A DNA stretch of 64,000 nucleotides from Candidatus Omnitrophota bacterium (GTDB taxonomy: Bacteria > Omnitrophota > Gorgyraeia > Zapsychrales > Zapsychraceae), in contig JAJDCA010000068.1 of NCBI GenBank assembly GCA_029261055.1, positions 133,275 to 197,274 on the forward strand, written 5' to 3'. Position numbers and translations under genes: made by a program. The notes beneath the pieces are model-generated. The model was not told the DNA's origin. It was given only the letters and a program-made list of their open reading frames with translations, and made no database searches. Positions 28,513 to 38,005 of this stretch are shown in pieces (the first letter of the stretch is position 1; every line of letters starts with the position of its first letter).

Positions 28513-29460
28513 TCATTCCCGCGAAAGCGGGAATCCAGTTGAAGAATATGTATCCCCGGCTAAAATATTCGGGGATGACAATTCCGTAAGATTATCCTGA
28601 ACGTATTGAGATAAAATTTCCGCAGCCTCAATGGTAGCCGGAGAAGGACATATCAAAAGCCCTGATGGAAGATAGACTGTCTGAAGCCCAGGGAATCCTT
28701 TTTTAATCGCTGGATGAGATAAAACATCCCGACGAACCGTTGGCGTATCCACTCTGTAATCAGAAAAGATAATAAGCTCCGGATCCCGCATAATAAGATT
28801 TTCTAATTCCAAATAACGATTACTTCTGGCATGCGATTGCAGCGCAATATTCTCAACACCGGCAGCTTCCATCATAGAATTAATAATGGAATTTGGCCCT
28901 GCTGTCAGCCCACCTGGCCTGTAAAAAACAGATTTAACAGGATTGGACTTTTGGGCATAGAGCCTCTTCAGTCGATCTTCCATATCTTTAATCAAGATTT
29001 CTCCCCGATCATTTTCGTTAATAGCCTCTGCCACACCCCGAATTTGATCTTTAAGTTCACTAAAATTCTTAGCCGTATTAATAACATGCACCTTAATGCC
29101 AAGCTTTTTAAGCATATTTATTTTTTGACGATCATATCTTCCCGTGATGACAATGTCAGGATCGAGAATTAAAACTTCTTCGATTGTACCTGCGGTGGTT
29201 TTAATCCCTTCAGCCAAATCAGCGACACTTGATATGTAAGGAAGCAGTGCTCCTTTCGTAACCGCGGCTATCCTTTTCCGATCAGCTAATCGAAGAACCA
29301 ATTCATCACTGCAAAGATTCATGGAGACAATTCGAGCAGGTTTGGCGAACACCTCATTAACGAGGCTTAATAAAAAAAGAAAACATATCGCAATAAAAAC
29401 AATCCTCGGGGGTTTGGCTTTTTCAATCCCCCGAGGTTTGTTTGCGGTTGATTTAACCAT
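28513..29460 (-). CDS. periplasmic substrate-binding protein, BtuF/FhuD class III SBP
   Basis: Signal peptide then class III SBP-like body. Start chosen at MVKSTANKPRGIEKAKPPRIVFIAIC...; the basic n-region is encoded by a REP hairpin, so the start is uncertain. Confidence 0.6.
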   Translation of the reverse strand: MVKSTANKPRGIEKAKPPRIVFIAICFLFLLSLVNEVFAKPARIVSMNLCSDELVLRLADRKRIAAVTKGALLPYISSVADLAEGIKTTAGTIEEVLILDPDIVITGRYDRQKINMLKKLGIKVHVINTAKNFSELKDQIRGVAEAINENDRGEILIKDMEDRLKRLYAQKSNPVKSVFYRPGGLTAGPNSIINSMMEAAGVENIALQSHARSNRYLELENLIMRDPELIIFSDYRVDTPTVRRDVLSHPAIKKGFPGLQTVYLPSGLLICPSPATIEAAEILSQYVQDNLTELSSPNILAGDTYSSTGFPLSRE

Positions 29461-29520
29461 GAACAAACCTCGGGGGATTGCTTGTTTTCTTGAATGCAAA
29501 CCCCCGAGGTTTATTTTTAT
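29401..29520. repeat. two tandem REP-family palindromes (cctcgggggtttg / caaacccccgagg cores) between tonB and the btuF-like gene
   Basis: Same core as the REPs flanking the RAYT gene at 52.6-53.5 kb. Confidence 0.7.
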
Positions 29521-29527
29521 TTTCATC

Positions 29528-30163
29528 TCACACACCATCCAACCTAAAAACAAACGGCATCTTCACAACACTCTGAACAGATACACCAAAACGCTGTGCC
29601 GGCTGAAACCGCCACTTCTTTGCGGCCTTGACGGCACTTTGATCAAGAATATCGTATCCAGAAAATTGAACAATAACAACCTTATCTACAAAACCTGTTT
29701 TCGTAATCGAAATATTTAAAATCACCTTACCTTCATAACCTTGCTTCCGTGCTGCACGAGGATATGTCGGCGGTTTATTGTAATATTCATTTACTTTTGC
29801 TTCAACAAATGCACCACTCTTAGAATTTTGTAATGCATTTATATCTACTTTTTCTTTTTTCTTTTTCACTTCACCCTTAATAACCTCATCATTCTTAGGC
29901 TTCGCAGGCTGATCACCTTTCTTCTTTTCTATTTGAATCTGACCTGTCTTGGAAATTGCTACCTTGGGCGTCTCAATTTTTGAAACTTCGATCTTAGCAG
30001 GTTTAACCTTGGGAGCTTTAACAGAAACAAGCGAAATTTCCAAACTCGATGGGGCGGCAATCACATTAAAATCATGCGGTTTAACCCACTGAGCTAAATT
30101 CACCAAAAGCGCAGCATGAATACCCACGGCCCCCACTAATCCCGCCTTTAACTCATTGGTCAT
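29528..30163 (-). CDS. tonB: TonB energy transducer (C-terminal TonB domain; Lys/Pro/Glu-rich spacer)
   Basis: N-terminal anchor, KPAKIEVSKIETPKV... spacer, C-terminal PPTYPRAARKQGYEGKVIL... TonB-C signature. Confidence 0.8.
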   Translation of the reverse strand: MTNELKAGLVGAVGIHAALLVNLAQWVKPHDFNVIAAPSSLEISLVSVKAPKVKPAKIEVSKIETPKVAISKTGQIQIEKKKGDQPAKPKNDEVIKGEVKKKKEKVDINALQNSKSGAFVEAKVNEYYNKPPTYPRAARKQGYEGKVILNISITKTGFVDKVVIVQFSGYDILDQSAVKAAKKWRFQPAQRFGVSVQSVVKMPFVFRLDGV

Positions 30164-30572
30164 CGTCTTTCTTTTCCGTTTCGATAAATACTTTTTCTAT
30201 GCCAGCTTTACGCACCAAATCAAATACTTCAATAACACGCCCATGCGAAGCCGCCTTGTCACCATAAATGTACAAATGATTTTTTTGAGCTTCAAAAGAA
30301 GGCTTTAGCAGCTTAAGACGTGCACTTAATTCTTTTTTTGTAATTTTTTGTTTATCTAAGAATATGTCGCCTTCTTTGGTAATACTTATCCCGACATGTT
30401 CCTTTTTTTGTTCAACAGCGGTTGTGGCTTGTGGTAAAGATAAAGGCACTCCTTTATGAACCGACATGGATAAAAAGGCATAGATAAAATACACAAGAAT
30501 AAGAAAAAATGAATCAATCAAAGGCATCATTTCAATCCTGGCTTTTTTGATCGATACCTCGCGTATTTTCAT
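30153..30572 (-). CDS. exbD: ExbD/TolR biopolymer transport protein
   Basis: 139 aa, single N-terminal TM (MMPLIDSFFLILVYF), ExbD-like periplasmic domain. Confidence 0.8.
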   Translation of the reverse strand: MKIREVSIKKARIEMMPLIDSFFLILVYFIYAFLSMSVHKGVPLSLPQATTAVEQKKEHVGISITKEGDIFLDKQKITKKELSARLKLLKPSFEAQKNHLYIYGDKAASHGRVIEVFDLVRKAGIEKVFIETEKKDDDQ

Positions 30573-30573
30573 A

Positions 30574-31203
30574 TCAACGCTTTCCCTTTACCCCATGCAT
30601 TTGCGGCAGCTTTTCCATAATGATTTCAAAAACAGAACACACACTTTCCAATTCTTCAACAGCCCTTTGATAACATGTTTGGAAAATGTTGTACGGAATG
30701 AGCGTCATCAAAGCGATGGTTAACCCAAAAGCCGTCGTAATCAATGCCTCTGAAATCCCCCTGGTTACCGCCATAGGATCATTAATCCCTTGATTACCTA
30801 AAATATCAAAAGAAGAAATAATCCCGATAACAGTTCCTAATATGCCCAAAAGAGGGGCTGCCGTAATAACCGTATCGAGAACGGGCAAGTATTTCTTCAT
30901 CCGACGCAACTCAATTAGAGCCTGCGTTTCCAATGCTCTCGATAAAGAATATTCTCTGTGCACCAGGCCATTAAGGAGGGTGCGCGCGATGAAATCCTTA
31001 TTAGAACGCTTAGCCATATCTGTTGCCTCTTCTAATTTTCCTTTTTCTGCAAAAGACAATATACGTTGCGTATCACGCGGCTTTCTTTTTTGTGATTCCC
31101 GCCAAAAGAAAACACTTCTCTCAATGATAAATGTGACAGATACAAAAGACAGCAAAATCAACGGTCCCATCACAATGCCGCCTTTTTCAAATAAGGTTAT
31201 CAT
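30574..31203 (-). CDS. exbB: ExbB/TolQ/MotA-family proton channel
   Basis: Three TM helices plus conserved ...AAPLLGILGTVIGI... / ...ALITTAFGLTIAL... segments. Confidence 0.8.
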   Translation of the reverse strand: MITLFEKGGIVMGPLILLSFVSVTFIIERSVFFWRESQKRKPRDTQRILSFAEKGKLEEATDMAKRSNKDFIARTLLNGLVHREYSLSRALETQALIELRRMKKYLPVLDTVITAAPLLGILGTVIGIISSFDILGNQGINDPMAVTRGISEALITTAFGLTIALMTLIPYNIFQTCYQRAVEELESVCSVFEIIMEKLPQMHGVKGKR

Positions 31204-31215
31204 TTTATTTCCCCT

Positions 31216-33111
31216 TTAATATGTAATATCCGCCCCTACACGAAACAAGCGAGGTGCATTAGAAAAACCTCTAAGTTCCTGATAAGTTTCATTAAACATA
31301 TTTTCTATTTTCAAAAATGTTTTAACATTCTTATTATGCGCATAGTTAAGCGCCATATCAACCACCGTGTAATCTTTTAACCTGGTCAGTGCAGGATCAT
31401 ACGTCTTAAGATTACGCGTAACATTGACATTCCAATTAAATTTTTCCCAAAAAGAAAAATCAAAATTTATGTTATGTTTCAAGTTAGGACGTCGTCTAAG
31501 GTAGACATCGTTCTGTAAATCCCTAGCCTCCAAATATGTAAAACCATAACTTAAATACAAATTATCCATGGGAGAATATTTGATTTCAGATTCAACCCCG
31601 CTTGTCCTTGCGGATCCAATATTCATATACTTAAACGCCCCTAAATCAAATTCAATCAAATCTTTGAACCTTTGTAAAAAGAATACAGAACTCAACGTTA
31701 ATTTTTGGTCAAATAATTCTTGTTCCAATCCAACATCATAACTCCATGATTTTTCTGCATTTAAAGTACTATCCCCAAAGGATGAAAATAACTGAAACAA
31801 GGAAGGTGCATTAAACCCCGTACCATAACTTCCCTTTAGCCGCGTTTGCGTATCAAACAAATACGAAACCGTTGTCCGCCCTGTTGTATTAACTCCAAAT
31901 CGGGAATGGTCATCGGCACGAAAAGCTAATGTCCAAAACAATTTATCATCCAGCCCTATTTTGTTCTGAACATAATATCCTAAATTTTCCGTACTTACCC
32001 TTGGCGTATTGCTTCCCCGGCTTGAACTTGATTTTCCGGATTCATGGTCGTACTGAAAACCAAAAAGTAATATGTCCTCAATATTGTCATTGAGAGAAAG
32101 TAATTCTCCCACATTCACATCATGCTGCCAATCCGCTTCCTGTAACCACCCTTTAAAGACCGCACGATGGGCCTCGGTTGTGTCTACCGCATCCGCATCA
32201 TCCGAATCCTGACGGACATTCCTGAACCAGGAATAGTTCAATTTTTGATTCCATACATCATTAACATCGTGCTTGGCTGATAAAGCAACAAGACTTTGTT
32301 CAGCTTCAAACAATCGGTTGGGATCATCTTGAAAGGCCCCATCATCACCTTCTGTTCTAGCCGAAAGATACATACCTTGTAGACCAAGTTCTAAATTATC
32401 GGTCGCCTGATAATTCATTCTGGAATTCACTGAACTCCTTGCGTAAGAATCCTCTTCCTGACCATCCCGTGCTTTTGAAATACCATCGCTGTCCTGCCGT
32501 GACATAGCAAAAGAATAGTTCAGCTTACCTGCACTACCTCGCCCTCCCAGAGATTCGGTGTATGTATCCTTGGTGGCCACTTCTGCAGAAGCAAAAAAGC
32601 TCGGTTTCCCTTCCCCCTTTTTTGTAATAATATTGATCACCCCGCCCATCGCATCTGATCCGTAAAGAGAACTTTGCGGTCCTTTAATAATTTCAATACG
32701 CTCCACATTATCCAAAGGCAAATGGGCTAAATCATAATTAGCATCCGCTGTGATCGCGTCATAGATTTTAACCCCGTCGATCATCACAAGTGTATGCGCA
32801 GCATTAGCCCCCCGGATAAAAATGTCATTACCGCCTCCGAACGGACCGTTTGAAAAAGAACCTATCCCAACCTGTCTCTTGACAGCCTCTAAAACCGATC
32901 CGTATTGTCGTTTTTCCATCTCTTCACTTGTAATAACAATAACCGAACTCCCTGTTTGAGACACAGGTTCTTCCAACTTTGAGGCTGTAATAATAACTTC
33001 CTTAGACAAAGAAGGCTGATCATCCTGAGCAAGCCCCAAGTCCGCACCTAACCAAAAAACACTCATGCCTAAAAATAATTTTACCCAAGAATTTCTTTCC
33101 ATCTTTTTCAT
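31216..33111 (-). CDS. TonB-dependent outer-membrane receptor (BtuB-like cobalamin receptor candidate)
   Basis: Signal peptide, TonB box/plug (VIITASKLEEPVSQTGSSVIVITSEEMEKRQYGSVLEAV), C-terminal beta-barrel. Lies downstream of a cobalamin riboswitch. Start set at the ATG preceded by GAAAGGAAAG (the track's 33126 start is a TTG). Confidence 0.8.
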   Translation of the reverse strand: MKKMERNSWVKLFLGMSVFWLGADLGLAQDDQPSLSKEVIITASKLEEPVSQTGSSVIVITSEEMEKRQYGSVLEAVKRQVGIGSFSNGPFGGGNDIFIRGANAAHTLVMIDGVKIYDAITADANYDLAHLPLDNVERIEIIKGPQSSLYGSDAMGGVINIITKKGEGKPSFFASAEVATKDTYTESLGGRGSAGKLNYSFAMSRQDSDGISKARDGQEEDSYARSSVNSRMNYQATDNLELGLQGMYLSARTEGDDGAFQDDPNRLFEAEQSLVALSAKHDVNDVWNQKLNYSWFRNVRQDSDDADAVDTTEAHRAVFKGWLQEADWQHDVNVGELLSLNDNIEDILLFGFQYDHESGKSSSSRGSNTPRVSTENLGYYVQNKIGLDDKLFWTLAFRADDHSRFGVNTTGRTTVSYLFDTQTRLKGSYGTGFNAPSLFQLFSSFGDSTLNAEKSWSYDVGLEQELFDQKLTLSSVFFLQRFKDLIEFDLGAFKYMNIGSARTSGVESEIKYSPMDNLYLSYGFTYLEARDLQNDVYLRRRPNLKHNINFDFSFWEKFNWNVNVTRNLKTYDPALTRLKDYTVVDMALNYAHNKNVKTFLKIENMFNETYQELRGFSNAPRLFRVGADITY

Positions 33112-33130
33112 ATTCTTTCCTTTCAATAAA

Positions 33131-33345
33131 AAAACCCTTTTTCGTCTTCCGAACCTACAGGAAAGAAAAAGGGCACATACAACACATCATAACTTTTTAC
33201 CTCTGCTCGGAGATTTTATTCATAAACAGGTTGTGTTCTGACTATGCAAGTTATGGAACATAACTTGCTTACAGTGGCGGCACCGTGGAGTTCTCCGCTT
33301 AATGCAAATAGCGAATCCTCACTTTCCAACCTGTTCCCTAAAACT
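33131..33345 (-). ncRNA. cobalamin (B12) riboswitch with intrinsic-terminator expression platform
   Basis: Minus strand reads ...AGGGAACAGGTTGGAAAGTGAGGATTCGC...GGTGCCGCCACTGTAAGC... (B12 box GCCACTG). Then GCCCTTTTTC...GAAAAAGGGTTTTTTT terminator just 5' of the btuB-like RBS. Confidence 0.7.
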
Positions 33346-33428
33346 TTAAAGATCAATAAACCCAACGCGCGCTAATATATCATGATTTTTAAAATAGTCA
33401 AATTTTAAAATGCCCAACAATAAACGCA

Positions 33429-35084
33429 CTATCGCCGAAGGCTTCCCCCATATGGGGTTTTAATTTTAAATTTTTTACTCAGACCTATGATTTCCTGAAT
33501 AAGCGCCTCATTATTTTCATCGGATTCTAAAAGGCTAATCAAGTGGTAAATTTTATTAAAGGCCCAATTACGGGCAATGGATTCGTCTCCGCCCATAGAC
33601 TCTTCAAAGCTACCTTTAATAATAAATTCATTGACCTTATTATCTCCCTCACCCAAAATCTGCCAGGCAAAATCTTGTTCATCGGTGTACTTGCCGTACA
33701 ATGTAAATTCTGTATTACGGAAAAGATCTGGTAATATTTTTGGAAAAATATTGTCGTCATTCAATCCACTTACATGATATTTCAATTTTAACAATAAAGG
33801 ATCTTTGATCTTTTCGTACATGCTGGACAAATTTCTTCCGATAAAATGTGATCGATAGGAATATTCAGACCAACCTCGATTCTTGTAGGCAATAAAATCT
33901 AAAAGATACCGGTTAACACTCAACCCGCCACTAAAAGTAAAAATAGAAACCTGCCCATTATTCAACGCGGAAATATCATTAATAAGTTTGCGCGAATCGG
34001 TTACACCCCGCGTCGGGTGTCCATCACTGAGAAGAATAATGTAACTCGGCGACTTTATTTCTTCATCCGCAATACTCTTGTAAAGAGCATTGTACGTGTC
34101 TGTTTTTTCACCGGACGTAAGATTCTCAACAAACTTTAAAGCTTCCTGCACATTTTCATCGGTCGGCTCGACCGATGAAGATCGAAATTTATCAGTCGTT
34201 TTCTTAAAGGCTAATATGTTAAATGTATCTTGTGGATTCAGACGATTTAAACTGTATTTAATCCCTTTTTTAAATTCATCCAAACGCTCTCGCTGCGTAC
34301 TCAATGAACAATCGACCAAGAAAATAATTTCTTTCGGTATGGTTGCAAGACGCACACCATCGTCACCGACTTTAATACTGATTTTGTAATACTTTTGCCC
34401 ATCCTCAAGATCTTCATACGTAAACAAAACACTATCGAAAAACCTTTTGAGATTCCCAAGGCGTCTTTTTCGTTTAATAGTTCCTTTGCCTTTTGCCGTT
34501 TCATCCCCTTTTGAAACAGATTCGGAAATAGCCGTCTTTAACTGTGGTGTAAACCCCGGCATTTTGTCAAAGAAATCACCCTCTTCATCCCCGGCATCAA
34601 AAACTTCGTCTGAACCAGCCGTAATATCCATATCCGGTTGTTCGGCAATCTTAACAAGCGCTTCTCTCGTTTTTCGCTTGGCTTTTGGCATCAAATCCTT
34701 GTAATTTTTTCGATCCTCTTCAATCAAGTCAATCTCTTTACGTTTAGAAATAACAGCAGGTTCTTTGACCTTTGCCACTGGTTTATGCAGTTCTGTTTTC
34801 TGTTCAACGTCTATCTGCGCATCAATGGAGGCAATGGTCAACCCTGAATTGGAAAGTGGGCTCTGAAATCTGAGCATCTCTACATACGTCTCTTTTTCTT
34901 TAGCTTGAACTTTGCGGGCAGGCAATGTTGTTTTAAGACTTTTAATCCGAAATAATTTCTTAGATTGAACAACCGGCGTGTAAATAGCTTTAATATCCAT
35001 ATGCGTTGAGGATACAAAAAAAAGCCCGTGGAGCAACAAAGAAATACCGATAGAAAAAAATATTGTTTTTTGATTTCGATTCAT
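33429..35084 (-). CDS. membrane-anchored von Willebrand factor A (vWA) domain protein (551 aa; N-terminal TM, Lys/Glu-rich spacer, vWA, C-terminal domain)
   Basis: MIDAS motif IIFLVDCSLST...; later ...ILLSDGHPT...; N-terminal hydrophobic anchor. BatA/BatB-like architecture. Confidence 0.6.
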   Translation of the reverse strand: MNRNQKTIFFSIGISLLLHGLFFVSSTHMDIKAIYTPVVQSKKLFRIKSLKTTLPARKVQAKEKETYVEMLRFQSPLSNSGLTIASIDAQIDVEQKTELHKPVAKVKEPAVISKRKEIDLIEEDRKNYKDLMPKAKRKTREALVKIAEQPDMDITAGSDEVFDAGDEEGDFFDKMPGFTPQLKTAISESVSKGDETAKGKGTIKRKRRLGNLKRFFDSVLFTYEDLEDGQKYYKISIKVGDDGVRLATIPKEIIFLVDCSLSTQRERLDEFKKGIKYSLNRLNPQDTFNILAFKKTTDKFRSSSVEPTDENVQEALKFVENLTSGEKTDTYNALYKSIADEEIKSPSYIILLSDGHPTRGVTDSRKLINDISALNNGQVSIFTFSGGLSVNRYLLDFIAYKNRGWSEYSYRSHFIGRNLSSMYEKIKDPLLLKLKYHVSGLNDDNIFPKILPDLFRNTEFTLYGKYTDEQDFAWQILGEGDNKVNEFIIKGSFEESMGGDESIARNWAFNKIYHLISLLESDENNEALIQEIIGLSKKFKIKTPYGGSLRR

Positions 35085-35189
35085 TTTAATTAAACCTCGC
35101 TATCGCTCAGCGACTCTTAGTCATCAGTATTTTTTACTGATGTCTGAAGACTGATAGCTGATGACTAACATTTAAATTCCTAAACATTC

Positions 35190-37589
35190 TTACTCTTCAC
35201 TTAAACTCTTAACTTTTCCCTTCGCCTGTTCTGCAACATGGCTTTTTTCATACATACTAAGAATTTCGGTAAAAACTTTTAAAGCTTCATCATTCTTTTG
35301 TAATTGTTCAAAAATTTCCCCAGCCCTAAAAAGCGACTCTGGACAATAATACTCATCACCGTACAATACGGCGACCAACATGTAATATTTTGTGGCCTCC
35401 TCAGGATTTCCCTTCATATGCTCGACGTTGGCAATCTCAAATCTGGCCCGCATAGCAATAGTTGTATCCTCAGCATAATCAAGTAAGGCTGCGTCAAATT
35501 CCTGCCGCGCTTTGTCCAGCTCATTCATCTTAATCAAACTTTCCCCTTTACCAATATGTGCCGCTCCGCCTTTGATCCCGACCTCAGAACTAGAAAGAAC
35601 AATATCGTAGTATTCCACAGCGTCTGCATACTGCATCAACCCCTTGTAAGCCTCTGCCCTTAAATAAGCTATTTGCATTATCACATCTTCGCTCTGTTCC
35701 CCCTGGTTCACCTTCCCTAAAATACGCAAGACATCATCAAATTGTTTTTCCCCTAAATACACATCCGTAATCCAAAGATATGTATTGATATCTAAATCTG
35801 CTTTATCAAAATCTGTAATAATCTTGTCAAAGATTTTAATCGCTTCATCATCTTTTTTTTGATTCAAATAAATCAACCCTCTATTCTTAAGAGAAGAATA
35901 ATATCTCTTCGTATCATTTTCTTGAGGCGTAATTTTTTCATAATAGGTTAATGCCTCATCGGGTTGCTCTGCTAACTGTAGATTGTACGCGAGAAGAAAA
36001 TAAACATCTTCAATACGCTTACTATTTGAATGCTCCTTCTCGTACCGTTTTAAAATATCAACCGCCATGCCATGCCTCTTTGCTGCCGAATAAAGACCCC
36101 CCAAATGAAATAACACCTTCTCCGTACGCTTATCTTTCGGGAATGTCAGCAAATACATTTCGCTATGCGCAACCGCTGTTTGAAGATTACCCAGCTCTTT
36201 ATGGATTAAAATTTCATTAAAAAGAGCTTCTTTTTGCTTATCCTCATCCTCACCTTTTTCAAAATATTGATAAAACAAATCGCCAGCTTCTTTTACTTTG
36301 CCTAAAGAATTTTGGGCATGCGCCATTCCATAAATAGCATCCTGCGCATATTTTGACTCCGGAAATTCTGTAGCTAATTTTTGATATGCTACAAAAGCAG
36401 AATCAAAGGCTTTCATCCCATAATGGGCTTCGCCTTCAAGAAAAATAAGCTGTGCTTTATCCACGGTAGCATCCAGACTATTCGATTTTATGAGCGTAAG
36501 GGCTTCTTCAAATTGCGCTGCACGCACTTTAACCTCAGCCTTTTTGAGAAGAATCTTTTGTTGGTCTTCAGCCGGCAACGAAGGCATGGCGGATATTTTT
36601 TCCAGAAGCGCCAACGCCTCATCAGAACGTTTAAGTTCGGCATAAGCACTCGCCACAGTAAAACGAAGACTAAAAAACTTTTGATCCTCCGATACAATAC
36701 CTTGATACCCCTGGTAACTTTCAATCAAGGCCTCATATTTAGCCAAATTAAATTGCGCTAAAATAAGATTAGTGAAAGCATCCTTAGCCATAGCAAGATC
36801 AGCATACTTCTCTAAGAATTCCTGAAACGTCTTCACCGCATAGGTGTAGTTCTTTGTTAAAAACTGTGCCTCACCTTTTTTGTACAAAACCAAACTTTTT
36901 AAGTCAACCGTCTCAGCAACTTCATAGGCCCTGTCATAATAGTCTATCGCCTTGAAATTTTTTCCTTCATGTGCAAACATATCTCCCAGCTCAAGCAAGG
37001 CATGGATGGTCCGCTTACTGGTCTTTAACACACTTTCCGTTTTTTCAAAATACTCCATCGCCTTGGCAATTTCCCCCTGAGCCTTGTATGTCTTACCTTT
37101 GTAAAAATACAATATTTGGATAAAATCTTTATCGAGACCATCGATAGTAACAGCCTCAAAGGAAGATAAAGCTTGCGAATATTGACCCGTAAAAAAATAA
37201 CACTGCCCCAGGCGTAACATTGTTAAAATCTTTTTAGAAGATTCAGGAAACAATATTTTGTATTTCATGTAAGCCTTAATGGCCTCAGCGTAGGTCTTAG
37301 AAAAAAATAAACTTTCTCCAATCGCAAAATAGGCCTCATGCAAATCCGGACTATCTGAGAAAAGCTTAATAAATTTCTCATACTCCGCAATCGCCATCGG
37401 ATAAAGTTCACGTTGAAAAAGTCCATGTGCAAAGTCAAGCTGCTCAATATCCTTAGCCACTTCTTTAACCTCGCCGGCACTAACATTTTCATTTGCAAAA
37501 ATCGGAGATACTCCAAAAGAAACCATACCCACAACAAATAGCCCCGTCGCCAGTATCATCAAATATTGCTGTCTTATTTTCTCTTTCAT
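35190..37589 (-). CDS. large TPR-repeat protein (799 aa) with N-terminal signal/anchor
   Basis: About 15 recognisable TPR-like 34-residue repeats (AxxYxxxG/A..A...F pattern) throughout. Confidence 0.65.
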   Translation of the reverse strand: MKEKIRQQYLMILATGLFVVGMVSFGVSPIFANENVSAGEVKEVAKDIEQLDFAHGLFQRELYPMAIAEYEKFIKLFSDSPDLHEAYFAIGESLFFSKTYAEAIKAYMKYKILFPESSKKILTMLRLGQCYFFTGQYSQALSSFEAVTIDGLDKDFIQILYFYKGKTYKAQGEIAKAMEYFEKTESVLKTSKRTIHALLELGDMFAHEGKNFKAIDYYDRAYEVAETVDLKSLVLYKKGEAQFLTKNYTYAVKTFQEFLEKYADLAMAKDAFTNLILAQFNLAKYEALIESYQGYQGIVSEDQKFFSLRFTVASAYAELKRSDEALALLEKISAMPSLPAEDQQKILLKKAEVKVRAAQFEEALTLIKSNSLDATVDKAQLIFLEGEAHYGMKAFDSAFVAYQKLATEFPESKYAQDAIYGMAHAQNSLGKVKEAGDLFYQYFEKGEDEDKQKEALFNEILIHKELGNLQTAVAHSEMYLLTFPKDKRTEKVLFHLGGLYSAAKRHGMAVDILKRYEKEHSNSKRIEDVYFLLAYNLQLAEQPDEALTYYEKITPQENDTKRYYSSLKNRGLIYLNQKKDDEAIKIFDKIITDFDKADLDINTYLWITDVYLGEKQFDDVLRILGKVNQGEQSEDVIMQIAYLRAEAYKGLMQYADAVEYYDIVLSSSEVGIKGGAAHIGKGESLIKMNELDKARQEFDAALLDYAEDTTIAMRARFEIANVEHMKGNPEEATKYYMLVAVLYGDEYYCPESLFRAGEIFEQLQKNDEALKVFTEILSMYEKSHVAEQAKGKVKSLSEE

Positions 37590-38005
37590 TCATCCTTCCT
37601 TGTCGCAAACGAAATATTCCAAATGTTCGCTTTCGCGCAAGCGTCTAAAACGTTCACTACGGATTCATGGTATGTTTTTTCATCCGCGCGAATAATCACC
37701 GGCTGACTCGGAAATAAAGATGCAATTTTCTGCAACATTGCTTCTAATTCCACAATGGCTAACTTTTTTTGATTAACGATCACAGCACCATCTTTGGCCA
37801 CATTAATAATAATTTCGCCAGGACTTCTAACCGCTTCTTTAGCTTCTTGCGCCTTGGGTACGCTGATACTGATTTCTGTTTCCTGTTGATTAAAGATCGA
37901 AAGCGTCATAAAAAAAACTAATGTCAAAAACACAATATCGATCAACGGTGCCATTTGAATTAAAGGTCTTTGTTTTTGATATTCGGATATGGTAAATCGC
38001 GCCAT
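37586..38005 (-). CDS. ExbD/TolR-family protein (second copy)
   Basis: 139 aa, N-terminal TM (PLIDIVFLTLVFFM), ExbD-like domain. 4-nt overlap with the downstream TPR gene. Confidence 0.75.
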   Translation of the reverse strand: MARFTISEYQKQRPLIQMAPLIDIVFLTLVFFMTLSIFNQQETEISISVPKAQEAKEAVRSPGEIIINVAKDGAVIVNQKKLAIVELEAMLQKIASLFPSQPVIIRADEKTYHESVVNVLDACAKANIWNISFATRKDE

